Assembly (NCBI RefSeq): GCF_009914755.1
Contig: NC_060928.1
DNA length: 64,000 nucleotides
Reading direction: 5' to 3' (one strand)
DNA from: the human T2T-CHM13v2.0 reference genome, Homo sapiens
Under the pieces are notes generated by a model that made no database searches, was not told the origin of the DNA, and saw only the letters and a list, made by a program, of their open reading frames with translations. Shown in pieces: positions 39,065 through 51,938 of the stretch (position 1 is its first letter; every line of letters starts with the position of its first letter). The position numbers and the translations under genes were made by a program.

Positions 39065-42000
39065 AAACAATAATAATGGGAGACTTTAATACCCCACTGT
39101 CAACATTAGAGAGATCAACAAGACAGAAAGTTAATAAGGATATCCAGGAGTTGAATTCAGCTCTGCACTAAGCAGACCTAATAGACATTTACAGAACTCT
39201 CCACCCCAAATCAACAGAATATACATTCTTCTCAGTACCACATCGCACTAATTCCAAAATTGACCACATAGTTGGAAGCACTCCTCGGCAAATGTAAAAG
39301 AACAGAAGTAATAACTAACTGTCTCTCAGACCACTGTGCAATCAAATTAGAACTGAGGATTAAGAAACTCACTCAAAACCGCTCAACTACATAGAAACTG
39401 AACAACCTGCTCCTGAATGACCACTGGGTACATAATGAAATGAAGGCAGAAATAAAGATGTTCTTTGAAACCAAGGAGAAAAAAGACACAAGATACCAGA
39501 ATCTCTGCGACACATTTAAAGCGTGCGTAGAGGGAAATTAATAGCAGTAAATGCCCACAAGAGAAAAAGAACGAGAGAAGCAAGAGCAAACACATTCAAA
39601 AGCCAGCAGAAGGCAAGAAATAACTAAGATCAGAGCAGACCTGAAGGAGATAGAGACACAAAAAACCCTTCAAAAATCAATGAATCCAGGAGCTGGTTTT
39701 TTGAAAAGATCAACAAAATTGAGAGACCACTAGCAAGACTAATAAAGAAGAAAAGAAAGAAGAATCAAATAGATGCAATAAAAAATGATAAAGGGAATAT
39801 CACCACCGATCCCACAGAAATACAAACTGACATCAGAGAATACTATAAACACCTGTGCACAAATAAACTAGAAAATCTAGAAGAAATGGATAAATTCCTG
39901 GACACATACACCCTCCCAAGACTAAACCAGGAAGAAGTTGAATCCTTGAATAGACCAATAACGGGCTCTGAAATTGAGTCAGTAATTAATAGCCTACCAA
40001 CCAAAAAAAGTCCAGGACCAAAAGGATTCACAGCCGAATTCTACCAGAGGTACAAAGAGAAGCTGGTACCATTCCTTCTGAAACTATTCCAATCAACAGA
40101 AAAAAGAGAGACTCCTCCCTAACTCATTTTATGAGGCTAGCATCATCCTGATACCAAAGCCTGGCAGAGACATAACAAATAAAAAGGAGAATTTTAGAAC
40201 AATAACCCTGATGAACATCAAGGCAAAAATCCTCAATAAAATCCTGGCAAACCAAATCCAGCAGCACATCAAAAAGCTTATCCACCAAGACCAAGTTGGC
40301 TTCATCCCTGGGATGCAAGGCTGTTTCAACATATGCAAATCAATAAATGTAATCCATCATATAAACAGAACCAAAGACAAAAACCACATGATTATCTCAA
40401 TAGATGCAGAAAAGGCCTTTGACAAAACTCAATAGCCCTTCATGCTAAAAACTCTCAATAAACTAGGTATTGATGGAACGTATCTAAAAATAATAGTTAT
40501 TTATGAAAAACCCACAGCCAATATCATACTGAATGGGCAAAAACTGGAAGCATTCCCTTTGAAAACTGGCACAAGACAGGGATGCCCTCCCTCACCACTC
40601 CTATTCAACATAGTGTTGGAAGTTCTGGCCAGGGCAATCAGGCAGGAGAAAGAAATAAAGGGTATTCAATTAGGAAAAGAGGAAGTCAAATCATCCCTGT
40701 TTGCAAATGACATGATTGTGTATTTAGAAAACCTCATCGTCTGCACCCAAAATCTCCTTAAGCTGGTAAGGAACTTCAGCAAAGCCTCAGGATACAAAAT
40801 CAATTGTGCAAAAATCACAAGCATTCCTATACGCCAATAACAGACAAACAGAGAGCCAAATCATAAGTAAACTCCCATTCACAATTGCTTCAAAGAGAAT
40901 AAAATACCCAGGAATCCAACTTACAAGGGATGTGAAGGACCTCTTCAAGGAGAACTACAAACCACTGCTCAATGAAATAAAAGAGGATACAAACAAATGG
41001 AAGAACATTCCATGCTCATGGGTAGAAAGACTCAATATCGTGAAAATGGCATCTTCAGGGAGAACTGCAAACCACTGCTTAACGAAATAAAAGAGGAGAG
41101 GACACAAACAAATGGAAAAACTTTCCACGCTCATGGATAGGAAGAATCAGTATCGTGATAATGACCATACTGCCCCAGGTAATTTATAGATTCAATGCCA
41201 TTCCCATCAAGCTACCAATGACTTTCTTCATAGAATCGGAAAAAACTACTTTAAACTTCATATGGAACCAAAAAAGACCCTGCATTTCCAAGACAATGCC
41301 AAGCAAAAAGAACAAAGCAAGAGGCATCCCGCTACCTGACTTCAAACTATACTATAAGGCTACAGTAACCAAAACAGCATGGTACTGGTACAAAAACTGA
41401 GATGTAGACCAATGGAACAGAACAGAGCCCTCACAAACACTACCACACATCTACAACCATCTGATCTTTGACAAACCTGACAAAAACAAGAAATGGGGAA
41501 AGGATTCCCTGTTTAATAAATGGTGCTGGGAAAACTGGCTAGCCATACGTAGAAAGCTGAAACTGGATCCCTTCCTTGCACCTTATACAAAAATTAATTC
41601 AAGATGGATTAAAGACTTAAATGTTAGACCTAAAACCATACAAACCCTAGAAAAAACCTAGGCAATACCATTCAGGACATAGAGGACATAGGCATGGGCA
41701 AGGACTTCATGACTAAGACACCAAAAGCAATGGCAACAAAAGGCAAAATTGACAAATGGGATCTAATTAAACTAAAAAGCTTCTGCATAGCAAAAGAAAC
41801 TACCATCGGAGTGAACAGGCAACCTACAGAATGGGAGAAGATTTTTGCAATCTACCCATCTGACAAAGGGCTAATATCCAGAATCTACAATGAACTTAAA
41901 CAAATTTACAAGAAAAAATCAAACAACCCCATCAAAAAGTGGACAAAGGATATGAACAGACACTTCTCAAAAGAAGACATTTATGCAGCCAATAGACACA

Positions 42001-42785
42001 TGAAAAAATGCTCATCATCACTGCCCATCAGAGAAACGCAAATCAAAACCACAATGAGATACCATCTTACACCAGTTAGAATGGTGAGCATTAAAAAGTG
42101 TGGAAACAACAGATGCTGGCGAGGATATGGAGAAATAGGAACACTTTTACACTGTTGGTGGGATTGGAAACTAGTTCAACCATTGTGGAAGTCAGTGTGG
42201 GGATTCCTCAAGGATCTAGAACTAGAAATACCATTTGACTCAACCATCCCATTACTGGGTATATACCCAAAGGATTATAAATCATGCTGCTATAAAGACA
42301 CATGCACAGGTATGTTTATTGCGGCACTGTTCATAATAGCAAAGACTTGGAACCAACCCAAATGTTCATCAGTGATAGAATGGATTAAGAAAATGTGGCA
42401 CATATACACCATGGAATACTATGCAGCCATAAAAAAGGATGAGTTCATGTCCTTTGAAGGGACATGGATGAAGCTGGAAGCCATCATTCTCAGCAAACTA
42501 TCGCAAGGACAGAAAACCAAACACCACATTCTCTCACTCATAGGTGGGAATTGAACAGTGAGAACACTTGGACACAGGGTGGGGAACATCACACACCAGG
42601 GCCTGTTATGGGGGAGGGGGAGGGGTGTGGGATAGCATTAGGAGATGAATCTAATGTAAATGATGAGTTAATGGGTGCGGCACACCAACATGGCACAGGT
42701 ATACATATGTAACAAACCTGCACGTTGTTCACATGTACCCTAGAACTTAAAGTGTAATAAAAATAAATAAATAAATAAATAAAAA
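39065..42785 (+). mobile_element. 5'-truncated L1PA4/5-like LINE-1 (disrupted ORF2, 3'UTR, A-tail)
   Basis: ORF2 peptides near-identical to L1 ORF2p ([17 protein letters not shown] for FADD, CWWDW in the Cys-rich end); (TAAA)n tail; TSD aaaaataaatccc at 39052-39064 and 42787-42799 at a TT/AAAA site. Confidence 0.97.
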
Positions 42786-43097
42786 TAAAAATAAATCCCT
42801 TAGACTAATATTAAAAAATAATTGGATCAATTAATTAAAATTAGTACTTTATTACTTAAATGTATGCTTACTCAGATGTATTGATATAGTAGTATTTACT
42901 TTATAACTCATTTGTTTATTTATTTGTAATCATTTGTTTGAAACATACTATAAAACTCACTGCAATTTTTGGTATTTGTAATCTTTTTATAAATTGTTCC
43001 TTTCTTTCTAGCTATTTATTTCTGACAGTTTCTAAACTCAAGGAAACTGAATCTTCATTTCTTGCATATGAGATTAGATCTATTTTTCCCTACTTTA

Positions 43098-43435
<338 letters not shown>

Positions 43436-43739
43436 AGGTGAGGATTAAGATTCCATTTTTATACAACTGCTTGAATAGTGTAATGATCGAGTCAATGAAG
43501 TAACTTTGGACTTATTCATTAGAAAAATTATTCTAAAATACTTATGCTTAGAGCAAAAAGAGAAATGAATACCTACATCTGCTATATTGGCTTAGAAAAT
43601 ATTCATTATGTAGATGGGAATAGGGTGGGAAATTGTTGGTAGTATTTTATAAACTTGAATACAATGTAATTGTATTTTTAGATAAATTAGCTGTCTAACA
43701 TACCAAGTTTAACAACATAATATCATATTACAATATTTA

Positions 43740-44270
43740 GCATACAGCTTTCTACATTGAAAATAAGTTCATCTGCAAATAAATACAATTTTAATTATTC
43801 CTTCCTATCTATATTCCTTTTATTTCCTGCACTAGTTAAGGAGATGTTGAAGGAGAATGAAGAGGGAAAAAAATACTTGAACATTTGATTTGTTCCTAAT
43901 CTTAAAGGGAAAGTTGCATTCTCTCGCATTTAAGTATAATGTACCTATATGTTTTTGTATACAACCTGGTTTTATGTTAAGGAAGTTTCTTTCTATTTCT
44001 AGTATTTTGAGAGTTTATAATCATAAATGGGTGTTTAATTTGGTTGAATGTTTTCTTTGCATCATCTTTTGATTTTTCTTATGCAGTTTATTAACATGAT
44101 GAATTAAATTTATTTATTTATGAATGTTGAATCATTCTCTTATTCTTGAAACAAATTCCATGTGATTTTAATATGTAACACATACCCTTTCACTATGTTA
44201 AATTTGATTCAGTAATATTTTTAAGGATCTTTGCACCTATGTTCATGTGCAATAACATTTGATATTTTTC
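43740..44270 (-). mobile_element. Old L1M ORF2 fragment
   Basis: tcatctgcaaataaatacaatttt; ttgttcctaatcttaaagggaaag; ggatctttgcacctatgttcatg. Confidence 0.75.
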
Positions 44271-44471
44271 CTCCAGTTAGAAAAATTTTGATTACTGAAA
44301 TATGAAAAATATAGTTTTGAATAAATTAACATGATAAATAGTATTACAGTGCAATAATATGATATATTAATCAATTTAATTTCCACAAAATTAGATTTTT
44401 GTAGAATATATGCATAAAACTGTATAACTCTAGTAATTTAATGTGTCTGTTATTTTAGAACACTGTATTTT

Positions 44472-44604
44472 TTTATTTTTATTTTTTTAGACACGGGATT
44501 TCACCGCGTTAGCCAGGCTGGTCTCGAGCTCCTGACCTCAGGTGATCCACCCACCTCAGCCTGCCAAAGTGCTGGATTACAGACGTGAGCCACCACTCCC
44601 AGCC
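44472..44604 (-). mobile_element. Monomeric Alu (AluS-type left arm with tail)
   Basis: Left-arm sequence only, flanked by a perfect 20-bp direct repeat attttagaacactgtatttt. Confidence 0.92.
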
Positions 44605-44719
44605 TCATTTTAGAACACTGTATTTTGTATATTGTTCATGTGTGTTGATTGCAGAGTAATGTAAAATAAAATTTTAGGGTAGGGTGACATGATTTGGTCA
44701 AGCATTACTATGTGGGAAC

Positions 44720-44893
44720 AAATATCATTGGTCTGGAGTCAAAATCCTTAAAGTGTGAATCCTGACTCCGACATTGTATGAACCTAGGAAAATTCTTTAA
44801 TGTCTCATGAAGAGAATAGAAAAGTAATGCTATTTTACTCATAGGATTGTACTGAGATTATATACCACAACATATTTAAAACAGCTAGCATGA
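44720..44893 (+). mobile_element. MIR, interrupted; resumes at about 45331-45365
   Basis: tctggagtcaaaatcc...gaatcctgactccgaca; ctcataggattgtactgagatta. Confidence 0.7.
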
Positions 44894-44980
44894 TCATTTT
44901 TCAATGTCTACATGTGTTAAAACATCACATCACACCCCATAAATATATACAATTATTATTCATCAATTAAAAATAAAACA
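44894..44980 (+). mobile_element. Very short L1MA 3' terminus
   Basis: aaaacatcacatcacaccccataaatatatacaattattattcatcaattaaaaataaaa. Confidence 0.75.
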
Positions 44981-45318
44981 GGGTCAGGCGTGGTGACCCA
45001 TGTCTGTAATCTCAGCACTTCAGGAGGCCAAGGCAGGAAGATTGCTTGAGGCCAGGAATTTGAAACCAGCTAGGCAATGTAGCGAGATCTCATCTCTCCA
45101 AAAAAACTAACTAACTAAATAAAACAGCCAGGGGTGGTGGCACTTGCCTGTAGTCCCAGTTACTCCAGAGACTGAAGTGAGAGTTTCCCTTGAGGACAGA
45201 GTTTTATGCTTCAGGGAGCTATGAATGCCACTGCACTTCAGCCTGGGCAACAAAGTGAAACCATGTCTCTAAAATGAATAAATGAATAAATGAATGAATG
45301 AATGAATACATAAATAAA
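44981..45318 (+). mobile_element. AluJ
   Basis: gattgcttgaggccagga and cttgaggacagagttt J-type diagnostics; (TGAA)n tail. Confidence 0.9.
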
Positions 45319-46079
45319 ACAAAACTTTTTAAAAGCTAGCATGAGTTCTGACGCATAACAAATGTATGTTCATTTATTCCGCAACAATTTATTGAATGTC
45401 TGTTTTCTGTGATAGCTATTAGGCATAAATTAGAATCAAAGAAAACATTCTCCTAGCCCTAAAAACGATAATAATCAGCAATTACTAAAAGAATAATTTG
45501 ATGAATTAATGTTTATGGCAATTAATCAACATCTTTTGTGATTTGATTGAACGGATGCTTGGCAGAAACTTAGAAGACCTAGTCTCTCCTCAAGGTTTCA
45601 GTAATTCACTGAGTGACCACAAGGTTAAAAACCTGCATTTTTGGTTAGTAACTTAGAAATATGTTGAACTGTTTGAGATGTTGCTTTATGATATATATTG
45701 TCTTTCTTCTAATATGGGTAAGACATATATTTTAAGGAATGAGCTCTAGGGTTTTTTTTGTATTTTGATACTTTATTATTATAATTGCCTAACAAGCAAT
45801 TAACACAACTAAATCTTGACACTTGAAAATGACAAGTTTGAGTTATCTGTATTTTAAACAAATATATTGAACTAATTATAAATTCTCTGAGAGCCTGATG
45901 TTTCAATAAAACTTGAAAAAAAACCCTGAATATCTGAACATTTAGTACACCTGGAGGGTCAACTAAGATAATTCTGTTGCTATGTATTCTTTAACATTCT
46001 TTTATTCTGTAAAGCTTGAATCTTGACATTTTCAACTAATACTGATAAGCTTAATTTTATAATTATGATAATACATTTA

Positions 46080-46394
<315 letters not shown>

Positions 46395-47743
46395 TCAGAT
46401 ATAGATAAAGAAACTCATGCTAAAGGATATAGTGACATAACCAAGATTACAAATATATAACATGCCTTTGCATCAGAATTTCAGGTGGACTTTTATCTGC
46501 AAGTTTTCAGGTGAACCAGTCTTTTATTTTGCTTCCTCCCCATCTTCCAGCTTTTTAAAGTTCAGTGTTTTGCCACACTTGTTTCAGTTGGCTATACAGT
46601 AAAAATGATTACAAATACAGCCATAGTTCTGTGTTCCATTGCCTTACATATCATGATTATATGGTTTATTAACCCTATGCATGTTTTATACTATTACATA
46701 TAAATATATACTTATATTTTGAATATTTTACAACACTTTATATATACTATTGTACTTCCAAATTGTTTTACTTCCAAAAACTTGTTTGTGAAGATTATTT
46801 ATTTTTATATATGTATCTATAGTTCATTAGTTTTGCTGCTGTAAACCATTACGTTTATATGTGCTAAGCAGCAGGAGTAAGTGGAGATGTTGCTACCAGT
46901 ATATTGATCACCAATGGATGACTGCACATAGCAGTAATGCATTAGACAAGAAACAAGTTGTTTTTCTGCATTAGATGTGAGTTGTCAGGGCAAGTAAAAC
47001 AATGACAGCACCTCCAGGTGACAGTAGAAATAAGAAAGCTATTGATTTTATAACATCTTTAAAATCAGGAATAAATCATTGTTTCATGAACAAAGAGATA
47101 TGTTTATTTCAAATTTGGGATTTTTATATGATTTATATGTCATTAACATGATATGCTCTACTTTCCAAACTTGCAATTTTAGTGGCCAAGTAGAGACTTC
47201 TAGTTCAACATAACTACAGCAGATAAATTCTATTACCCATATTTTTTAATGTTTAAAAAGAAAGAGCAAAGAAACATAATTGTAACAGATAAGCATGACA
47301 TGCTGAAATGATGAAAGAATGTTGCCCACAGAGATGCCGTTTTTAATTATTTCTGTAAACTGTCATAATTGTATGGAGTAAGCAGGCTGAACAATTGCAT
47401 AAAAACAAATAAAAAATCCACGAAGACAGGTTGGTCTTGGCATTAGAGGATAAGTTAAATCCTCAGGAAATGTATGATGTCCAATACAATCTGAATAGAA
47501 ATTCAAAATAGAGATAGAAGAAAAACAACAAAAATAAGTATGGACAATTATCAAAGAACTAAAAGTAGAATTCATTTCAACCCATTCAATCCAGTAATCC
47601 TATTACTGGGTATATACCCAAGGGAAAAAATCATTACATCAGAGATAACAATCATGTATTTTATCAGGGCATTATTCACAAGAGCAAAGATATGGAATCA
47701 ACCTAATTTTCCATCAATGGATGATTGGACAAAGAAATGTGGC

Positions 47744-47865
47744 ATATATATATATATATAAAAATATATATATAAACATATATATAAATATATATAAACA
47801 TATATATAAATATATATATAAACATATATAAAAATATATATAAACATATATATAAATATATATAA
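47744..47865. repeat. Compound (TA)n / aaacatatatat repeat
   Basis: Directly visible. Confidence 0.95.
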
Positions 47866-47894
47866 TTAAATATTACAAAATAATGAAATCATGT

Positions 47895-48296
47895 TGTATT
47901 ATGCTGTTCTTACTTTACTGTAAAGAAATACCTGAGACAGGTAATTTAAAAAGAAAATAGGTATAATTAGCCCATGGTTCTGCAGGCTATACAGGAAGCA
48001 TGGTCCTGACATCTGCTGAGCTTCTGGGGATGAGGGTGGGAGGCTCAGGAAACTTATAATCATGGTGAAAAGTGAAGTCAGGGCAGAAATGTCACATGGT
48101 GAAAGCAGAAGAGAGAGAGAGGATTTCATGAGAATTGACTCACAATTGTAAGGACAGCACCAAGGAGATGGTGATAAACCATGGATGAGAAATCAGGCCC
48201 CATGATCTAATCACCTCCCACCAGGCCTCACCTCCAACAGTGGGGATTATATTTCAACATGAGATTTGATAGGGAAAAAAAATCCAAACTATATCG
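47895..48296 (-). mobile_element. MSTA MaLR solo LTR
   Basis: tgtattatgctgttcttac...aagaaatacctgagac ... aatccaaactatatcg. Confidence 0.9.
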
Positions 48297-48326
48297 TGCG
48301 TCTTTTGCAACAACATGGAAGGAACT

Positions 48327-50662
48327 TGTATTAATCCATTTTCACACTGCTATGAAGATACTACCTGAGACTGAGTAATTTATAAACAAAAGAGGTTTAA
48401 TTGACTCACAGTTCCACATGTCTTGGGAGACCTCAGGGAACTTACACTCATAGCAGAAGGTGAAAGGGAAGCAGGAACTTTCTTCCAAGGCAGCAGGAGA
48501 CAGAGAGAGCAAAAGGGGAACAGCCAAACACTTTGAAAACCATCAATTCTGTGAGAACTCACTATCATGAGAACAGTATGGGGGAAGCTGTCCCCATGAT
48601 TTAATCCCCTCCCATCAACTCCTTCCCCTGACGTGTAGGGATTATAATTTGAGATGAGATTTTGGTGGGAACACAGAGGCAAGCTATATTATTCGGTCCC
48701 TGGTCCTTCCCAAATCTCACAGCATTCTCACATTTCAAAACCAATCATGCCTTCACGACAATCCCCCAAGGTCTTACTTATTCCAGTATTAATTCAAGGG
48801 TCCAAGTCTAAAGTTTCATCTGAGACAAGGCAAGTCCCTTCTGCCTATTAGCCTATAAAATAAAAAGCAAGTTAGTTACTTCAAAGATACAACAGGCATT
48901 AGGTACATGTTCTCTTCCAAATGGGAGAAATTGGCCAAAACAAAGGGGTTACAGGTCCCATGCAAGTCTGAAACCCAACAGGGCACTCATTAAATCTTAA
49001 AGCTTCAAAATAATCTCCTTTGACTCCATGTCTCACATCCAGGGCACGTTCATCACCCCAAGGCCTTGGGCAGCTCTACCCCTGTAGCTCTGCAAGGTAC
49101 AGTCCCTGTGGCTGCTTTCTTGGGCTCACACTTGAGTGCCTGTGGCTTTTCCAAGCACACGTGCAAGCTGTTGGTGGATCAAGTATTCTGCGGTCTGGAG
49201 GATGGTGGCCCTCTTCTCATAGCTCCACTAGGCAGTGCCCCCATGGGGACTCTGTGTGGGGGCGCCATATCCACATTTTCCTTCCTCACTGCCTTAGAAC
49301 GGGTTCTCCATGATAGCCCTGCCCTTGCAGCAGACTTCTGCCTGGACATCTAAGCATTTCCATACATTCTCTGAAATCTAGATGCAGGCTCCCAAAGCAC
49401 AACCTTTGTCATCTGCACACCCACAGGCTCAACACCACATGTAAGCTGCCAAGGAATGGGGCCTGCACCCTCTGAAGCAGGAGCATGAGTTGTATGTTGA
49501 CCCCTTTTAGCAATGGTTAGAGTTGAAGCACCTGGTACACAGGGCATGGAGTCCCAAGGCTGCACAGAGCAGTGGGGTCCTGGACCTGACCCACAAAACC
49601 ATGTTTCCCTCCTAGGCTTCCAGGACTATGATGGGAGGGGCTGTTGTGAGGTTTCTGACTTACCCTGGGAGACATTTCCTCCTTTGTCTAACTATTAACA
49701 TTTGACTCCTTGTTACTTATGCAAATTTCTGCAGCTGGCTTGAATTTCTCCCCAGAAAATGGGTTTTTCTTTCTACCACATGATCAGTCTGCAAATTTTC
49801 TAAACCTTTATGCTCTGCTTCCCTATTAAACATAAGTTCCAATTTCAAACCATCTTTTTGTGAATATATATAACTGAATGCTTTCAGAATAAGCCAGGTC
49901 ACCTCTTGAATGTTTTGGTGCTTAGAAATTTCTTCCACTAGATACCCTAAATCATTTCTCACAAGTTCAAAGTTTCCTGGATCTCTAGGGTAGGAGAAAA
50001 ATGCTGTCAGTCTCTTTGCTAAAGCATAGCAACAGTGACCTTTGCTCCAGTTCCCAATCAGTTCTTCATTTCTATCTGAGACCACCTTAGCCTGGACTTC
50101 ATTCATATCACTATCTGCATTTTGGTCAAAACCATTCAACAAGTCTCTAGGAAGTTCCAAACTTTCCCACTTCTTCCTGTCTTCTTCTGAGCCCTCCAAA
50201 CTCTTCCAACATCTGCTGTTATCCAGTTTCAATGTTGCCTCCATATTTTCAGGTTATCTTTATAGCAGTACCCCATTCCTGGTACCAGTTTCCAGTGTTA
50301 GTCTGTTTTCACACTGCTATAATGATACTACCTAAGAATGAGTAATTAAAAAAGAAAAAAAAAGAGGTTTAATGGACTCACAGTTTCACATGGCTGGGAA
50401 GGCCTCAGGAAATTTACAATCATGGCAGAAAGCAAAGGGAAGCAGGCACCTTCTTCCAAGGCTGCAGGAGAGAGAGTGCAGGAAGAACAGCCAAACACTT
50501 TTAAAACCATCAGCTCTCATGAGAACTCACTCACTGTCATGAGAACAGCATGGGGGGATCCATCTCCCCGATTCAATCGCTTCCCACCAAGTCCATCCCC
50601 TGACACATGGAGATAACAATTTGAAATGAAATTTGGGTAGGGACACAGAGCAAACCATATTA
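48327..50662 (-). mobile_element. Complete THE1D MaLR provirus (3' LTR 48327-48691, internal 48692-50293, 5' LTR 50294-50662)
   Basis: Two homologous ~365-bp LTRs, 1.6 kb internal region, PBS-like tggtaccaggaatggg on the minus strand next to the 5' LTR, TSD gaact / gagct. Confidence 0.95.
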
Positions 50663-51739
50663 GAGCTGGAGGCCATTATCTTACGTAAAACAAGTCAGAT
50701 AGAAAAAATAAATATGGCATGTTCTCACTCATAAATGGGAGCTAAATAATGTGTACACAAGGATGTAGAGAGTGGAATGAGAGATGATGGAGACTTGGAA
50801 AAGTAATGGGGTGGGAAGGACTTGGTGGATGAAAAAGCACTTAATAAGTTCAGTATACATCATTTGGGTGACGGATATCTTAAAAGCCTTGACTTCACTA
50901 CTATGCAATCCATGAATGTAGGAAAACTGAACTTGAATCCCATTAAATGTATACAAAGTAAAAAATCAATTTACATGAATGAAAATGTAGAAAACATATA
51001 CAAATCAATGTGATCTGGTAAAAATATACAAATAAAAATCTGTGTGAGGTGTGTTGGGTTATTACAAAGTAATATATAAGATTAGTTTTGGCTTTTTCTA
51101 CCAGAATACATGAATAAAAGGAAATTGAACAAATTCTGGAAAGCATAAGAATCAGATTTTGGCCAAAGTTTTATTTAAACAGTCAAATTCTTGGTGTGAT
51201 AACAGACAGAAATAGAAAAAAAAATAAAGGTGAAGAAAAATATAAAACCAAGATAAAGGATTTGTTGTTTTCAATTGTCTTCTTCAGGTGGCTGTAAGGA
51301 AGAGCAGTCCAGATTGACCCAGGGTTTTCCTAGGTTAAATGAAGAGAATAGGAATAGGTACTTTGTCCATCATATTTTATTAGAAACTCTAGGTTCTTCA
51401 TTAATATTATTTGTTAAACATGGGGTCATTTGACAGACTACTCTTTATCCAAACACTTTCACTTGAACCTTTTTTTTTATAATTGTTTCCATAGTGTGAC
51501 ATGAGTGAGTGAGTGTAAAACCGATGGGAACCAATATTAAGAGAATTGACATAGTCATTAATCTGGAGAGAACTTTTTTTTATAGATGTGGCTTTTATGT
51601 CCCAGAGAAATAAATGGGCATTAATTAAATCAAAAATGTAAGAAAGATATTGAAGTCAATGGGAAAGGCATGCAAAAAAACTCTCTGATAGGTGAATTTT
51701 CTTAAACAAAAATGAGGCTGTGGTGGGACGTTTTTGTAT

Positions 51740-51938
51740 ATCATGGGATCAGAAATTTTCAGAGCTACAGAAACCTTGAAGAGAATTTACTCCAACTTCC
51801 TAATTTTCCTAAATTGAAATACCGACAGCCAGACAATTAAGAATTCTGTCTTAGATCACATAGGGAAAACAGAAATACAATAATAATTACATTTAGGTTT
51901 CCTGATTTCAAGTTTAATATCTTTACAATCTCAACACA
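51740..51938 (-). mobile_element. MIR-family SINE
   Basis: cagagctacagaaaccttgaagagaatttactccaac; tgtcttagatcacatag; tttcctgatttcaagttta. Confidence 0.6.

Larger units (their letters stand above)
47530..50966 (+). mobile_element. L1PB4-like 3' end, interrupted by a TA repeat, an MSTA LTR and a THE1D provirus
   Basis: L1 text reads through the insertions: gaaatcatgt | cttttgcaacaacatggaaggaact | ggaggccattatc; ends cccattaaatgtatacaaagtaaaaaa. Confidence 0.88.

Noticed and set aside
41694-42554. 286-aa ORF, the longest in the track
   Set aside because: C-terminal remnant of L1 ORF2p in a 5'-truncated element with upstream frameshifts, a mutated FADD motif and no promoter; not a gene.
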